A stretch of 32,000 nt of DNA from Desulfocapsa sulfexigens DSM 10523 (GCF_000341395.1 NC_020304.1:2430001-2462000), one strand, 5' to 3'. Shown: positions 1 to 10,351, counted from the stretch's first letter. Notes: generated by a model not told the origin, from the sequence alone. Made by a program: numbers and translations.

Positions 1-837
1 GCCGGTCGTACCCTGTCCCGTTATGACCTTGATAATTTCTGTAATGTCGTGGTGCTGACAGAGCATGGAGCCAGACGGTTGCTGGCAACCAGAAGTACTA
101 TCGGCCAGACGATTAAGCTGGGTAGTGATTATTTCGAAGTCATAGGTGTCGTCAGAAGTGAAAACAGTCAAGGGGGAGGCTTACAGAGTCCAGACCAGCA
201 GATTGACGCCTATATTCCGCTCAATGTTGCAAAGGCTACTTTCGGCGATGTCTTCACCATGTCGAGCGCGGGGTCTCGTACCCGGGAACTCGTCGAACTT
301 CACCAGATCATTGCTGAAGTGGATGACACAGCCAATGTGGAATCAACTGCGGCAGGCATAGAATCGATGCTGAAAATATTTCACAAAAAAAAGGATTATA
401 CCATATCCGTTCCCCTTGCTCTTCTTCGTCAGGCCGAATCAACAAAACGTACCTTCAATATTGTACTCGGCTCCATCGCAGGTATCAGCCTGTTGGTCGG
501 CGGTATTGGTATCATGAATATCATGCTGGCATCCGTTACTGAACGAACCAGGGAAATTGGTATTCGCCGGGCCATCGGAGCAAAACGCCGGCAGATTATT
601 ATCCAGTTTCTCATCGAAACGGTTGTTCTCTCCACAACCGGTGGGCTTATCGGCATTGCCATCGGCATCTTCATCCCCTGGCTCATCACAACAATGGCGA
701 AAATGCCCACAGTTGTTACTCCATCCAGTGTTATCCTTTCACTCGGTATCAGCTCGGGAATCGGCATCATATTCGGACTTTACCCGGCAATACGCGCTGC
801 CAGTCTTGATCCGATCATTGCCCTCCGCCATGAGTAA
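1..837 (+). CDS. ABC transporter permease, MacB/FtsX-like, partial (5' end outside window)
   Basis: Frame 1 is open from base 1 through the listed ORF (49..837). Protein has MacB periplasmic-domain-like N-terminus and the conserved 'GSIAGISLLVGGIGIMNIMLASVTERTREIGIRRAIGAKRRQI' plus C-terminal 'GLYPAIRAASLDPIIALRHE'. Confidence 0.92.
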   Translation, partial: AGRTLSRYDLDNFCNVVVLTEHGARRLLATRSTIGQTIKLGSDYFEVIGVVRSENSQGGGLQSPDQQIDAYIPLNVAKATFGDVFTMSSAGSRTRELVELHQIIAEVDDTANVESTAAGIESMLKIFHKKKDYTISVPLALLRQAESTKRTFNIVLGSIAGISLLVGGIGIMNIMLASVTERTREIGIRRAIGAKRRQIIIQFLIETVVLSTTGGLIGIAIGIFIPWLITTMAKMPTVVTPSSVILSLGISSGIGIIFGLYPAIRAASLDPIIALRHE

Positions 838-873
838 TCAGCTGAGGATTGTTTTGCTCTGTTGATTGTATCC

Positions 874-2079
874 CTATTCCGTCCCTTCCTGAAGTAGCCG
901 TTTATTCAACTTCCAGTTTACTCTGATTGTTTTTACAAGAACAAAAAGTAAGGGTGCTAACAGGATGAAATATGGTACGGAAAAAATATTCAGCAAACCA
1001 GAATGGATAAGAGCTTTGTCGAGAAAAAACATCCCGAAAACCCAAAATGCCACACCGGGACAAATAAGGGCGTAACTGGCGGGAGTCCTGGCTGCGGCAA
1101 TCTCAGGATCGAGATTAACACCATGGATGAATTCGGAAAAATAGTCATTCTGACGCATGATTACAAATCCCAGGATGCCAGCAAAAATCTGGATGGACAC
1201 GATAGAACTGCACCAGATAAAATAAAAGGATGGGCTGCCGGAACCATGAAAAAGAGTGTGAAATCCGTGATGAAGGCGGATAGCTGTAATACCAAGCAGA
1301 GTAAGGATGGGAATAAGAATCCACAGGCTGGCGCTGGCTTCACGACTAATCCCTTTGTCCATCATGGCATGAAAACCTAACAACAGATTCTTGATCGCAA
1401 GCAGGGTTGCTATGGCAAAGAAGAAAATGGAACAGAATGCCGCAATGCTGATCATTACAGGATTCTCACTCATGGCGGCGGGGGCGGCAAAGCCTACGGC
1501 ATTCATGGCAAAAGTAAACGATGAAAGCATTTGACTCAGAGAGTTGTTCTTGGAATGCTGAAAGTTGCCACCGGTGAGTAGTCTGCGGTAATAGTTGTAA
1601 AACAGGGTGAGACTATAGATACCTGTGGCCAGAAATGCAAGAAAGGCAAAGGGGAAGAGGTACTCAACAATATTCCAGAGGCCGGGAACCAGCATTGCGC
1701 CGAGCACGAACATGACGTTGATCGTCATTGTCAGGGTGAGGGGAATGGTCATTAGAGATATTTCATTACTACCCTGAATAAGCTCATTATAGTCGTCAGT
1801 TTTCTTGAATAAGCGGTATTCCCGGATATTCCACACCAGCATTCGCAGATGATTGAATGCGAAATAGAGCATAAGGGCGTAGCAGACAGCAGCAAGTGCT
1901 TTGACGGGGAGTGAAGTGGCTGCAAGAGAAGTCCACACCGAGTCAAAAGTCGCAATGGGTGTATCTGGGTGGGGTGTCATAAACATGAAAAAGATAAAGA
2001 AGGCTACGGTGAGGCCGCCGTTTCCAAGGGCTGAGAGAAAAAAAAGTGGAGAATAGTTTTTGCCGATATTCCGTTTCAT
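874..2079 (-). CDS. Multi-pass integral membrane protein, possibly TsoY family (seleno)protein, Cys/no-UGA version
   Basis: Long ORF (874..2244); likely start is the internal Met 'MKRNIGKNYSPLFFLSALGNGGLTVAFF' (cat at 2077-2079). About ten hydrophobic segments. TsoY assignment is from remembered N-terminal similarity only. Confidence 0.7.
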   Translation of the reverse strand: MKRNIGKNYSPLFFLSALGNGGLTVAFFIFFMFMTPHPDTPIATFDSVWTSLAATSLPVKALAAVCYALMLYFAFNHLRMLVWNIREYRLFKKTDDYNELIQGSNEISLMTIPLTLTMTINVMFVLGAMLVPGLWNIVEYLFPFAFLAFLATGIYSLTLFYNYYRRLLTGGNFQHSKNNSLSQMLSSFTFAMNAVGFAAPAAMSENPVMISIAAFCSIFFFAIATLLAIKNLLLGFHAMMDKGISREASASLWILIPILTLLGITAIRLHHGFHTLFHGSGSPSFYFIWCSSIVSIQIFAGILGFVIMRQNDYFSEFIHGVNLDPEIAAARTPASYALICPGVAFWVFGMFFLDKALIHSGLLNIFSVPYFILLAPLLFVLVKTIRVNWKLNKRLLQEGTE

Positions 2080-2197
2080 GGTCTGTTCCTTATACTTGTT
2101 TGAATGTACTGCATGCGATTGCTCTGAAAATTTACCACATAAACATGCCAGACAGTAAGCATGAAAGCAAATAATTAAATAGATAGGAGGCTTTTTT

Positions 2198-4324
2198 TTA
2201 CAGCTCCCGGAGGGAAAGAGCGATGCGTCGCCGCTCTTTATCAACCTCCAGTACCCGTACCGTCAGTTGCTGTCCGGCTTTAACCACTTCAGCGGGGTCA
2301 CGGACAAATCTGTCTGCCAGCTGACTGATATGAATGAGTCCGTCCTGATGTACTCCAATGTCCACGAAGGCACCAAAACGGGTTACGTTGGTCACTATGC
2401 CCGGCAGTTTCATTTCGGCAATCAGGTCATCAATTGTATTGACGTTTTTTGCAAAGGCGAAGCTGACGAAATCTTCGCGTGGATCGCGCCCGGGTTTGGC
2501 CAGTTCCTCGAGTATATCATGAAGGGTTGCTAATCCAAGAGTATCTGAAATGTAACGTTTGAGGTTGATCGAATCTCTTCGCTTCTTGCTACTCATCAGG
2601 TCAGCGATGTTACAACTGAGGTCAGAGGCAATCTTTGCAACGGTTTTGTACTGCTCTGGATGAACGGCTGAGTCATCAAGTGGATTTTTGGCACCGTGAA
2701 TACGTAAAAAACCTGCACACTGTTCGTAGGCCTTAGCCCCCAGTCTGGGCACATGCTTGAGGTCTTTCCTGTCGAGGAATGGGCCGTGTTCATTGCGATA
2801 GGCGATGATATTATCGGCAAGTACCGGGCCCAGGCCTGAAACATAGGTAAGCAGTTCACGGGAGGCACTGTTGACCTCAACTCCAACACTGTTGACACAG
2901 CTTACCACCACATCTTCCAGACCATTTTTCAGTTCGGTTTGATTTACATCGTGCTGATATTGCCCTACTCCTATTGATTTAGGATCGAGTTTGACAAGCT
3001 CTGCCAAAGGATCCTGAAGGCGTCTGCCTATGGAAACGGCCCCCCGAACAGTAATGTCATGATCAGGAAATTCCCTGCGGGCCACGTCCGATGCCGAATA
3101 AATAGAGGCGCCACTTTCATTGACCAGCGTGATCAGGATATCGTCTTTCAAGTGAAGAGAGTGGACAAATTGTTCCGTCTCTCTGCCGGCTGTACCATTC
3201 CCGATGGCAATGGCCTGGATTCCCTGTTTCTGGCATTGGGTCCGTATTATTTCCCCGGCCTCCTGCTCCTTTTTCCCCCCATGGGTTGGGTATATAGCTG
3301 AAAAATGGAGCAATTTTCCCTGCTCATCGAGACAGACCAGTTTGGCCCCGGTTCGAAATCCCGGATCGAGTGCCATGACCCTTTTTTGCCCAAGAGCCGG
3401 GGCCAAAAGGAGTTCGCGAAGGTTGCCACCAAATACCTGTATCGCTTCCTGATCGGCTTTTTCCTTGAGTTCCCTGTGCAGTTCCTTTTCAAGGCTTGGA
3501 CCGAGCAGTCGCTTATAGCTTTCTTCCATGGCAAGTGTCATCTGCTGTGAGAGTTTGCCCTGCTTTGAATATCGGCTGCGAAGGAGAGCGAGTGCAAGTT
3601 CTTCAGAGGGTTTGAGGGATACGCGTAGTATCTTCTCACTTTCACCACGAAACATCGCGAGAATGCGATGGCCTGGTGCCTTGCGGGCCTCCTCCTGCCA
3701 TTCAAAGTAATCACGGAATTTAGCGCCGGATTCCCGGTTTTTCTTTACCACAGTAGAACTGAGAATTGCTTTTTCCCGGAAAAGTTTGCGCAGATGCGAA
3801 CGTGTCGTTAAATCTTCACTCATCCACTCGGCAATGATATCTCTTGCCCCTGTGTATGCATCCTCCTGCGAGGATATTTCCATGTCGGGGGTGATAAAGG
3901 AAGAAATATCCACATTACTTTCAACGCCAGTAAAAATTGCTCTGGCCAGGGGCTCCAGGCCCCGCTCTTTTGCCATGAGCGCCCGGGTCTTTCTCTTCTG
4001 TTTGAAAGGCAGGTAGATATCTTCAAGACTTATTACATTATCGGCTTTTTCCAGGCTATCCTTCAGCTTTTCGCTGAGAAGATTTCTTTCGCTGAGAGAT
4101 TCTAAAATTGCCTGACGGCGCCTGTCAAGTTCAGCAAACTTTGCCACAAGATCTCTTATGGCTGCGACCTGGATTTCATCGAGTAATCCAGTCGTTTCCT
4201 TACGGTATCTGGATATAAAAGGAACCGTTGCCCCTCCAGCAAGAAGTTCGGCGGTGGCCGTGACCTGAGGCGTTGAGATTTGAAGAGCTGCGGAAATACG
4301 TGTGTAATGTTGGCTGCTGGTCAT
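2198..4324 (-). CDS. tex: Tex family RNA-binding transcriptional accessory protein
   Basis: 708 aa with Tex hallmarks: 'ATVPFISRYRKETTGLLDE', 'VMALDPGFRTGAKLVCLD', 'VDVNSASRELL'-like 'VEVNSASRELLTYVSGLG', HhH region and C-terminal S1 domain 'GIVTNVTRFGAFVDIGVHQDGLIHISQLADRFV'. Confidence 0.97.
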   Translation of the reverse strand: MTSSQHYTRISAALQISTPQVTATAELLAGGATVPFISRYRKETTGLLDEIQVAAIRDLVAKFAELDRRRQAILESLSERNLLSEKLKDSLEKADNVISLEDIYLPFKQKRKTRALMAKERGLEPLARAIFTGVESNVDISSFITPDMEISSQEDAYTGARDIIAEWMSEDLTTRSHLRKLFREKAILSSTVVKKNRESGAKFRDYFEWQEEARKAPGHRILAMFRGESEKILRVSLKPSEELALALLRSRYSKQGKLSQQMTLAMEESYKRLLGPSLEKELHRELKEKADQEAIQVFGGNLRELLLAPALGQKRVMALDPGFRTGAKLVCLDEQGKLLHFSAIYPTHGGKKEQEAGEIIRTQCQKQGIQAIAIGNGTAGRETEQFVHSLHLKDDILITLVNESGASIYSASDVARREFPDHDITVRGAVSIGRRLQDPLAELVKLDPKSIGVGQYQHDVNQTELKNGLEDVVVSCVNSVGVEVNSASRELLTYVSGLGPVLADNIIAYRNEHGPFLDRKDLKHVPRLGAKAYEQCAGFLRIHGAKNPLDDSAVHPEQYKTVAKIASDLSCNIADLMSSKKRRDSINLKRYISDTLGLATLHDILEELAKPGRDPREDFVSFAFAKNVNTIDDLIAEMKLPGIVTNVTRFGAFVDIGVHQDGLIHISQLADRFVRDPAEVVKAGQQLTVRVLEVDKERRRIALSLREL

Positions 4325-4516
4325 GGAAAACTCACTTATTAACGATTTATTTTAAATTTGTTTTTAAATAGAGTGGTGCTGCGGTATAATGTGGAAAGTC
4401 AATATCACTTTTTACGGCAGTGGATTACATTTTGTATCGGTCGGGCGAGGGAAGTATACACTCTGGAAGAGACCCGGCAAAGCTATTAAACTTCATGTCC
4501 GGACAGGGAGGATTGT

Positions 4517-4762
4517 ATGGCAAAGAAAGTGGCGACATTATGTGTACATTCTGCAAAAGATTTTAAGAACCAGGGAAAAGTCATTGCAAAGCTGGCCAAG
4601 CAAAATAAGCTTATCGCCATTACAAACCGGGTGGATCTCTTTATCGATGGTAAGCCCTGCCGACGCTGGTGGTTTGCTGATAAGAAGACTGGAGTCCTCC
4701 TCTCCGTGGAATATGGCCTTGTGGATAATGAGGCGATAAATTTTCTAACCAACGCTATTTAA
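4517..4762 (+). CDS. Small hypothetical protein (81 aa)
   Basis: ORF with upstream AGGAGG-like RBS (agggaggattgtatg), closed by a strong terminator 25 nt after the stop. Confidence 0.6.
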   Translation: MAKKVATLCVHSAKDFKNQGKVIAKLAKQNKLIAITNRVDLFIDGKPCRRWWFADKKTGVLLSVEYGLVDNEAINFLTNAI

Positions 4763-4786
4763 TCCTGGTTTTTTCTGTGATGGTTT

Positions 4787-4823
4787 GCACGATTTCTCTT
4801 TTTGAGAGAAATCGTGCTTTTTT
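4787..4823 (+). terminator. Rho-independent terminator
   Basis: Perfect 13-bp stem GCACGATTTCTCT-TTTTG-AGAGAAATCGTGC followed by TTTTTT. Confidence 0.9.
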
Positions 4824-4932
4824 GCTTTCACCACCTGCACTTTTCCATTTCCCTTTCATAATATATCCCATGTGCTACACTGACCGTATCTGAGTCTGGT
4901 TTCGTTATCTATAGGCAAGTGGGGCGGTCGGT

Positions 4933-7900
4933 ATGCGTTTTGAGTCTGGAAAAGTAATCTCTGATTTTGATCCTCATTTTAAGATATTTCATGAACTGAT
5001 GCCCTTCAAGGTACAGGAAATTCTTCTGGTTTCCAGTCCCTATGACGCATTTATTATGGAAGAGGATGGTTCCCTTGCGACTCGTATTGTAAATGAGTAC
5101 CAGGGCTTGAATCTGAGTGGTGCTCCCCGCATCACGCTGGTGTCTTCGGGCAAAGAAGCTCTTGAAATCCTACGGCGCCAATCCTTTGATCTGGTTATAA
5201 CCATGCCAAACGTCGGGGGCATGGACGCCTTTGCCCTCGGTGCTGCAATAAAAAAGATCCATCCTGTTCAGCAGGTTGTTCTTATATCTCACAGCCTTCG
5301 GGGTATATATCCCATACCTGAGAATGTTGATTGCCAATCCATTGATGATATCTATCTCTGGTGCTGTGAGGCAGATCTGCTCCTCTCCTTGATCAAGAAT
5401 TTTGAAGATCATGTCAATGTCGATGCCGATACAGCCCGGGCCATGGTGAGGGTGATCATTATGGTTGAGGATTCGCCGGTATACAGATCGACTGTTCTTC
5501 CTATCCTCTATCATGAAGTAGTCCGTCAGACCCAGGCGGTGCTCGATGAAAGTCTCAACGAACCCCATCGATTGCTGCGCATGCGGGCAAGGCCTAAAAT
5601 ACTTACTGCCATTAATTATGAAGAGGCCATGGTTCTGTGTGAGGCTTACAAACCATATTTGTTTGGCATAATATCCGATGTTCGCTATCCGAGACAGGGG
5701 AAGATGGATGCCGAAGCGGGTATTCGTCTTCTTGAAAAGATGCGTGGTGAGGTTCCAGATCTGCCCATGCTGATGCTCTCTTCGGAACCTGAAAACAGAG
5801 CACGTGCCAAGGAGATCCCAGCTGTGTTTCTTGACAAGGATTCACCTTTCATTAGAGATGAAATTCATTCGTTTTTTCTCGATTATCTTGGCTTTGGTGA
5901 TTTTGTTTTTCGACATCCCGATGGCGCACCAATTGCCCGTGCTTCAAATCTGTATGAATTTGAGCAACAGCTCCGTATTCTGCCATCTGAATCGTTGCGC
6001 TATCATGCCGAGTGCAACCATTTTTCCAATTGGGTTATGGCACGGGCTGAAGTTGCCCTTGCAGCACGCCTCCATCGTGATCATGTGAGTGGAATTAAAA
6101 ACTGCGCTGATCTGCGTGACGATCTGGTCTTTAAGGTACATTCTCTCCGTAAGCTCCGACAGCTTGGAGTCGTGGTGAAGTTTTCTCGTGAGTACTTTGA
6201 TCCTGATGTTATGGATTTTGTGAAAATAGGAAACGGCTCTCTTGGGGGAAAGGCGCGGGGGCTTGCTTTTATGTGGATGCAATTACAGCAGTCACGGGGA
6301 TCTCATCCTATTTTGTCACAGAATAATGTCAGCCTTCCCAAGACCTGTGTTATTACCGCAGATGGTTTTGATGATTTTATCAGTGAAAATCAGTTACGGC
6401 TGGATAAAAATGCAAGTGATGAAGAGATTGCCGAAACCTTTCTTGCAGCGCAACTTCCCGGTTGGCTGCAGGAGGATCTGCGTGCCTTTCTGCAAAAAAT
6501 CACCTTCCCTCTTTCGGTCCGTTCTTCAAGCCTTCTTGAAGATGCTCACTTTAAACCCTACGCAGGCCTCTATTCCACGTATTTTCTGCCCAATAATCAC
6601 CCGTCTTTCAGTCTTCGCTGCCAGCAGCTCGAAGAGGCAGTCAAGCTTGTATATGCCTCAACCTGGTTTGAGAGTCCAAGGGCCTATTCCAAGGTGTCCG
6701 AGCAGGGCCGTGAGGATTCCATGGCTGTGATTGTCCAGCAGGTAGTGGGCCAGGATCATGGAGGTTTTTACTACCCGCATATCTCAGGTGTTGCCCAATC
6801 ACATAACTACTATCCGGTGATGAAAATGAAGGCGGAGGAGGGTATTTCCCATATTGCTCTTGGTATCGGTAAGACCGTCGTTGAGGGAGAGCGTTCGCTG
6901 CGTTTTTCTCCGGCACACCCAAAACGGCTTGTTCAGTTTTCCACAGTGGATGATATCCTCACAAACTCTCAACGCCATTTCTATGCACTCGATATGAGTC
7001 ATTCCACCCAACTGGATCGTAAGGGGTCAAACCTGGTTAAACGACTGGTTCAGGATGCAGAAAATGAAGATCCGGTACAGATTCTTTCCTCAACCTATAT
7101 TCCTGATGAAAACAGAATCCGGGATACTGCTATGCCTGGAGTCAAGGTCGTTACCTTTGCCAGGATTCTTAAACATCAGCTCTATCCATTGCCTGAAATT
7201 CTTCTGGAGTTACTTGATCTTGGCCGGCGCGGAATGGGCTGTGAGGTGGAAATCGAGTTTGCTGTACGTCTGGATCCAAAGATCAATAGAAGTGAATTCT
7301 TTTTTCTACAAATGCGGCCCATGGTGACGGGTGGCGAAAATAGTGATGTCGCGATTTGTTCCCAGGAAATCAAAAGGGCATTCTGTTTCTCCAGATCCTG
7401 TCTTGGGCATGGCCGACTGGAGACCATGGCAGATATCATTCTTGTCAGGCCAGAGAGCTTTGATGCCGGAGCCACCAGGAATATTGCAGGAGAGATTAAT
7501 GCATTGAACGCACGGCTCCAGGCTGAGAAACGTCCCTATCTACTGATTGGGCCCGGGCGTTGGGGTTCTGCCGATCCATGGCTTGGTATTCCTGTGCAGT
7601 GGCGTGATATCTCAGGGGTTGGAGCAATAGTCGAGCTGCAGAATGAACAGCTTCATGCTGATCCTTCCCAGGGGTCTCATTTTTTTCAGAATATAACATC
7701 ACTTGGTATTCCCTATCTGACGGTTAAGGAGACGAAGGATGGATCTTCCGGAATATGCAGTGGGAAAGATGTGGATAGTTGTCTCAATTGGGATTGGCTT
7801 ATGGGGCAGAAAGAATTTCAGGATACCCGATATCTACGTCATATTCGTTTTTCCGTTTCCTTTGTGATGAAGTGTAACGGAAAAGAGGAACTGGCTGTCA

Positions 7901-7962
7901 TTTACCAGAAGGATGGAGAGGGGGGGACAGCGAAAACCTGTGAAGAGGTACGAAGAAAGTAA
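4933..7962 (+). CDS. Large PEP/pyruvate-binding (PPDK_N-like) protein with two N-terminal receiver-like domains
   Basis: 1009 aa. Receiver-like segments near residues 35-160 and 175-310 ('MVEDSPVYR...IISDVRYP...MLMLSSE...VFLDKD'). ATP-grasp PPDK_N motifs 'GNGSLGGKARGLAFM', 'FPLSVRSSSLLEDAHFKPYAGLYSTYF', 'EIEFAV', C-terminal 'IGPGRWGSADPWLGIPV'. Confidence 0.85.
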   Translation: MRFESGKVISDFDPHFKIFHELMPFKVQEILLVSSPYDAFIMEEDGSLATRIVNEYQGLNLSGAPRITLVSSGKEALEILRRQSFDLVITMPNVGGMDAFALGAAIKKIHPVQQVVLISHSLRGIYPIPENVDCQSIDDIYLWCCEADLLLSLIKNFEDHVNVDADTARAMVRVIIMVEDSPVYRSTVLPILYHEVVRQTQAVLDESLNEPHRLLRMRARPKILTAINYEEAMVLCEAYKPYLFGIISDVRYPRQGKMDAEAGIRLLEKMRGEVPDLPMLMLSSEPENRARAKEIPAVFLDKDSPFIRDEIHSFFLDYLGFGDFVFRHPDGAPIARASNLYEFEQQLRILPSESLRYHAECNHFSNWVMARAEVALAARLHRDHVSGIKNCADLRDDLVFKVHSLRKLRQLGVVVKFSREYFDPDVMDFVKIGNGSLGGKARGLAFMWMQLQQSRGSHPILSQNNVSLPKTCVITADGFDDFISENQLRLDKNASDEEIAETFLAAQLPGWLQEDLRAFLQKITFPLSVRSSSLLEDAHFKPYAGLYSTYFLPNNHPSFSLRCQQLEEAVKLVYASTWFESPRAYSKVSEQGREDSMAVIVQQVVGQDHGGFYYPHISGVAQSHNYYPVMKMKAEEGISHIALGIGKTVVEGERSLRFSPAHPKRLVQFSTVDDILTNSQRHFYALDMSHSTQLDRKGSNLVKRLVQDAENEDPVQILSSTYIPDENRIRDTAMPGVKVVTFARILKHQLYPLPEILLELLDLGRRGMGCEVEIEFAVRLDPKINRSEFFFLQMRPMVTGGENSDVAICSQEIKRAFCFSRSCLGHGRLETMADIILVRPESFDAGATRNIAGEINALNARLQAEKRPYLLIGPGRWGSADPWLGIPVQWRDISGVGAIVELQNEQLHADPSQGSHFFQNITSLGIPYLTVKETKDGSSGICSGKDVDSCLNWDWLMGQKEFQDTRYLRHIRFSVSFVMKCNGKEELAVIYQKDGEGGTAKTCEEVRRK

Positions 7963-8038
7963 TAAACTGAATGTGATTATAAGACTTCTCAGAATTTAAT
8001 GTTTACCGAATAATTTATCTAGTGTTATGGAGGAATAT

Positions 8039-9388
8039 ATGAATGACATTATCAGCTTAATCAAAAGCAAAGATCCAGAACAACGTGAATTTCATCAGGC
8101 AGTTGAAGAAGTTATGGCCTCAGTACAGCCAGTGCTTGAGCGTAACCCCGAGTACCGGCAACAGGCGGTTCTGGCACGTGTGACGGAGCCGGAGAGGGTT
8201 ATTATGTTTCGCGTTCCCTGGATGGATGACGATGGACAGGTTCATGTGAACCGCGGATTCCGGGTGGAGATGAACTCTGCCATCGGCCCCTACAAAGGAG
8301 GTCTGCGTTTTCATCCTTCTGTGAATATCGGGATTATAAAATTTCTCGCATTTGAGCAGGTCTTTAAGAATTCGTTAACCACTCTTGCCATGGGTGGTGG
8401 AAAAGGCGGCTCCGATTTTAATCCAAAGGGGAAGTCCGATGCTGAGGTGATGCGCTTTTGCCAGGCCTTTATGGCTGAACTGTTTCGCCATATCGGGCCG
8501 AATACCGATATACCCGCAGGAGATATAGGGGTGGGAGCCCGTGAAATCGGTTTTCTTTTTGGAATGTATAAAAAACTCCGTAACGAGTTCACCGGTGTCC
8601 TCACCGGAAAGAGTCTGAATTGGGGTGGAAGTTTGATTCGTCCCGAGGCCACGGGCTATGGAACAGTTTATTTTGCGGCCGAGATGCTTGCTACCCGTGG
8701 GGAAACTCTCGAGGGGAAAACCTGCCTTGTTTCCGGGTCTGGAAATGTGGCGCAGTTTCTTACGGAAAAAGTACTTGATCTGGGCGGGAAGGTACTGACT
8801 CTTTCTGATTCATCCGGGTATATTTATGATGAAGAGGGCATTGACCGTGAGAAACTTGCCTTTGTCCAGCACTTGAAAAACATCAGACGGGGCCGTATCG
8901 GCGAATATGCTGAGACGTATCGGAATGCCGTTTATACACCTCTTGACCCCTTACTGGATCATAATCCACTCTGGAATCATACGGCTGACTGTGCCTTTCC
9001 CTGTGCCACCCAGAATGAAATCAATGAGGTGGACGGGAAAAACCTTGTGAATAATGGGGTTCAGCTGATCAGTGAAGGTGCCAATATGCCGTCGGTTCCT
9101 GCTGCTGCTGATCTCTTTGTTGAACATCGTCTCCTCTATGCTCCGGGGAAGGCTGCCAATGCAGGAGGTGTGGCGGTGTCAGGTCTTGAAATGGCCCAGA
9201 ATTCCATGCGTCTCTCCTGGCCCAGAGGAGAGGTTGATGATCGTTTGAAACAGATTATGCATTCCATACACAAAACCTGTGTGGACGCAGGGGAGAGTTA
9301 TGGTGTCCAGGGAAATTATGTTGCAGGGGCAAATATCGCAGGCTTTGTAAAAGTTGTGAATGCCATGCTGGACCAGGGACTGGTGTAA
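8039..9388 (+). CDS. gdhA: NADP-specific glutamate dehydrogenase
   Basis: 'GPYKGGLRFHPSVNIGIIKFLAFEQVFKNSLTTLAMGGGKGGSDFNPKGKSD', 'IPAGDIGVGAREIGFLFGMYK', 'VSGSGNVAQF'. Start at 8039 (MNDIIS) preferred to 8027 because GGAGGA lies 5 nt upstream of it. Confidence 0.98.
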   Translation: MNDIISLIKSKDPEQREFHQAVEEVMASVQPVLERNPEYRQQAVLARVTEPERVIMFRVPWMDDDGQVHVNRGFRVEMNSAIGPYKGGLRFHPSVNIGIIKFLAFEQVFKNSLTTLAMGGGKGGSDFNPKGKSDAEVMRFCQAFMAELFRHIGPNTDIPAGDIGVGAREIGFLFGMYKKLRNEFTGVLTGKSLNWGGSLIRPEATGYGTVYFAAEMLATRGETLEGKTCLVSGSGNVAQFLTEKVLDLGGKVLTLSDSSGYIYDEEGIDREKLAFVQHLKNIRRGRIGEYAETYRNAVYTPLDPLLDHNPLWNHTADCAFPCATQNEINEVDGKNLVNNGVQLISEGANMPSVPAAADLFVEHRLLYAPGKAANAGGVAVSGLEMAQNSMRLSWPRGEVDDRLKQIMHSIHKTCVDAGESYGVQGNYVAGANIAGFVKVVNAMLDQGLV

Positions 9389-9417
9389 GTGAAATATAAG
9401 GATGGGAGGTGAAAAGG

Positions 9418-9441
9418 CTGAAATGGAGTTTTTCAGTTTTT
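9418..9441 (+). terminator. Weak candidate terminator after gdhA
   Basis: CTGAAA ... TTTCAG stem followed by a T run; short stem. Confidence 0.3.
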
Positions 9442-9461
9442 AGTCTTGAGTCTGATTTTTT

Positions 9462-10214
9462 ATGAAAATGTCTTTGTACGATGAACAGTGTGCCCGGGAT
9501 TTTGAGCTTATGGAATCCCGGATTGATCATTTCTTTGCCGAAATGGCGGTTGAATGCCCCTATCATCTTCCGCATGATGCCCGGTTTTACCAGGCTCTGT
9601 TTTCTCCGCTTTCAGACCGGGCGATGGAGCTGTTTCTTGCTTCCGGCTACCGGAGAAACGGGAACTGTCTCTACACCATGCATTGTCCCGACTGCTCGGC
9701 CTGCGTTCCTATTCGTCTGCATCCCCAGGAAATGAAACTGAATCGGAATCAGCGTCGGGTGCTCAAGAAAAATCAGGATATTGAGGTTGAATTTGCGCCA
9801 ATTACCGCAAGTGAGGAAAATATCAGGCTCTGTGAAAAATTCCTTCGTAGTCGCTATCCCCACAAATACAATGACGGAAAATCCTATTATAAGGGCTTCT
9901 TTCTTAATCGGATCATTCCGGGTATGGAATTCCGCTTTCGCCTGCGGGGACGACTGGTTGGTACCGGAATTGTGGATGTCGGGCAGAACTGGATGAATGC
10001 GGTATATTTTTACTTTGATCCCGACGAGGCTTCACGCAGCCTTGGAACCTTCAACATTCTCAGCATGATCGAAACCTGTCTTAAGCTGGATATTTCCTAT
10101 CTTTATCTTGGCTATTATATCGAAGAGGTGGCAGCCATGAATTATAAGCGTCGTTTTGATCCTCATTATCTCTATCTTGATGATGGGTGGCGGAAGATCG
10201 ATAAGTTGACCTAG
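9462..10214 (+). CDS. bpt: Aspartate/glutamate leucyltransferase / arginyltransferase family (Bpt/Ate)
   Basis: 'LFLASGYRRNGNCLYTMHCPDCSACVPIRL', 'RSRY' and 'SLGTFNILSMIETCLKLDISYLYLGYYI' are typical of this family. Confidence 0.93.
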   Translation: MKMSLYDEQCARDFELMESRIDHFFAEMAVECPYHLPHDARFYQALFSPLSDRAMELFLASGYRRNGNCLYTMHCPDCSACVPIRLHPQEMKLNRNQRRVLKKNQDIEVEFAPITASEENIRLCEKFLRSRYPHKYNDGKSYYKGFFLNRIIPGMEFRFRLRGRLVGTGIVDVGQNWMNAVYFYFDPDEASRSLGTFNILSMIETCLKLDISYLYLGYYIEEVAAMNYKRRFDPHYLYLDDGWRKIDKLT

Positions 10215-10351
10215 CTGCCTCTCTGGTGTTTTTTTTCGAAATAGTAACAATTAGTTCTGTTCATCATTCCTTGTATAGCATCTCTGTTCATATTGCTGCC
10301 ATGTCAAATTAAAACGATATTTTAGCTAAATAAGATGTGCTTCTGTAGACG

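Noticed and set aside
6242-6730. 162-aa plus-strand ORF inside the PEP/pyruvate-binding gene
   Set aside because: Out-of-frame shadow ORF with no domain features; the enclosing 1009-aa frame is clearly coding.
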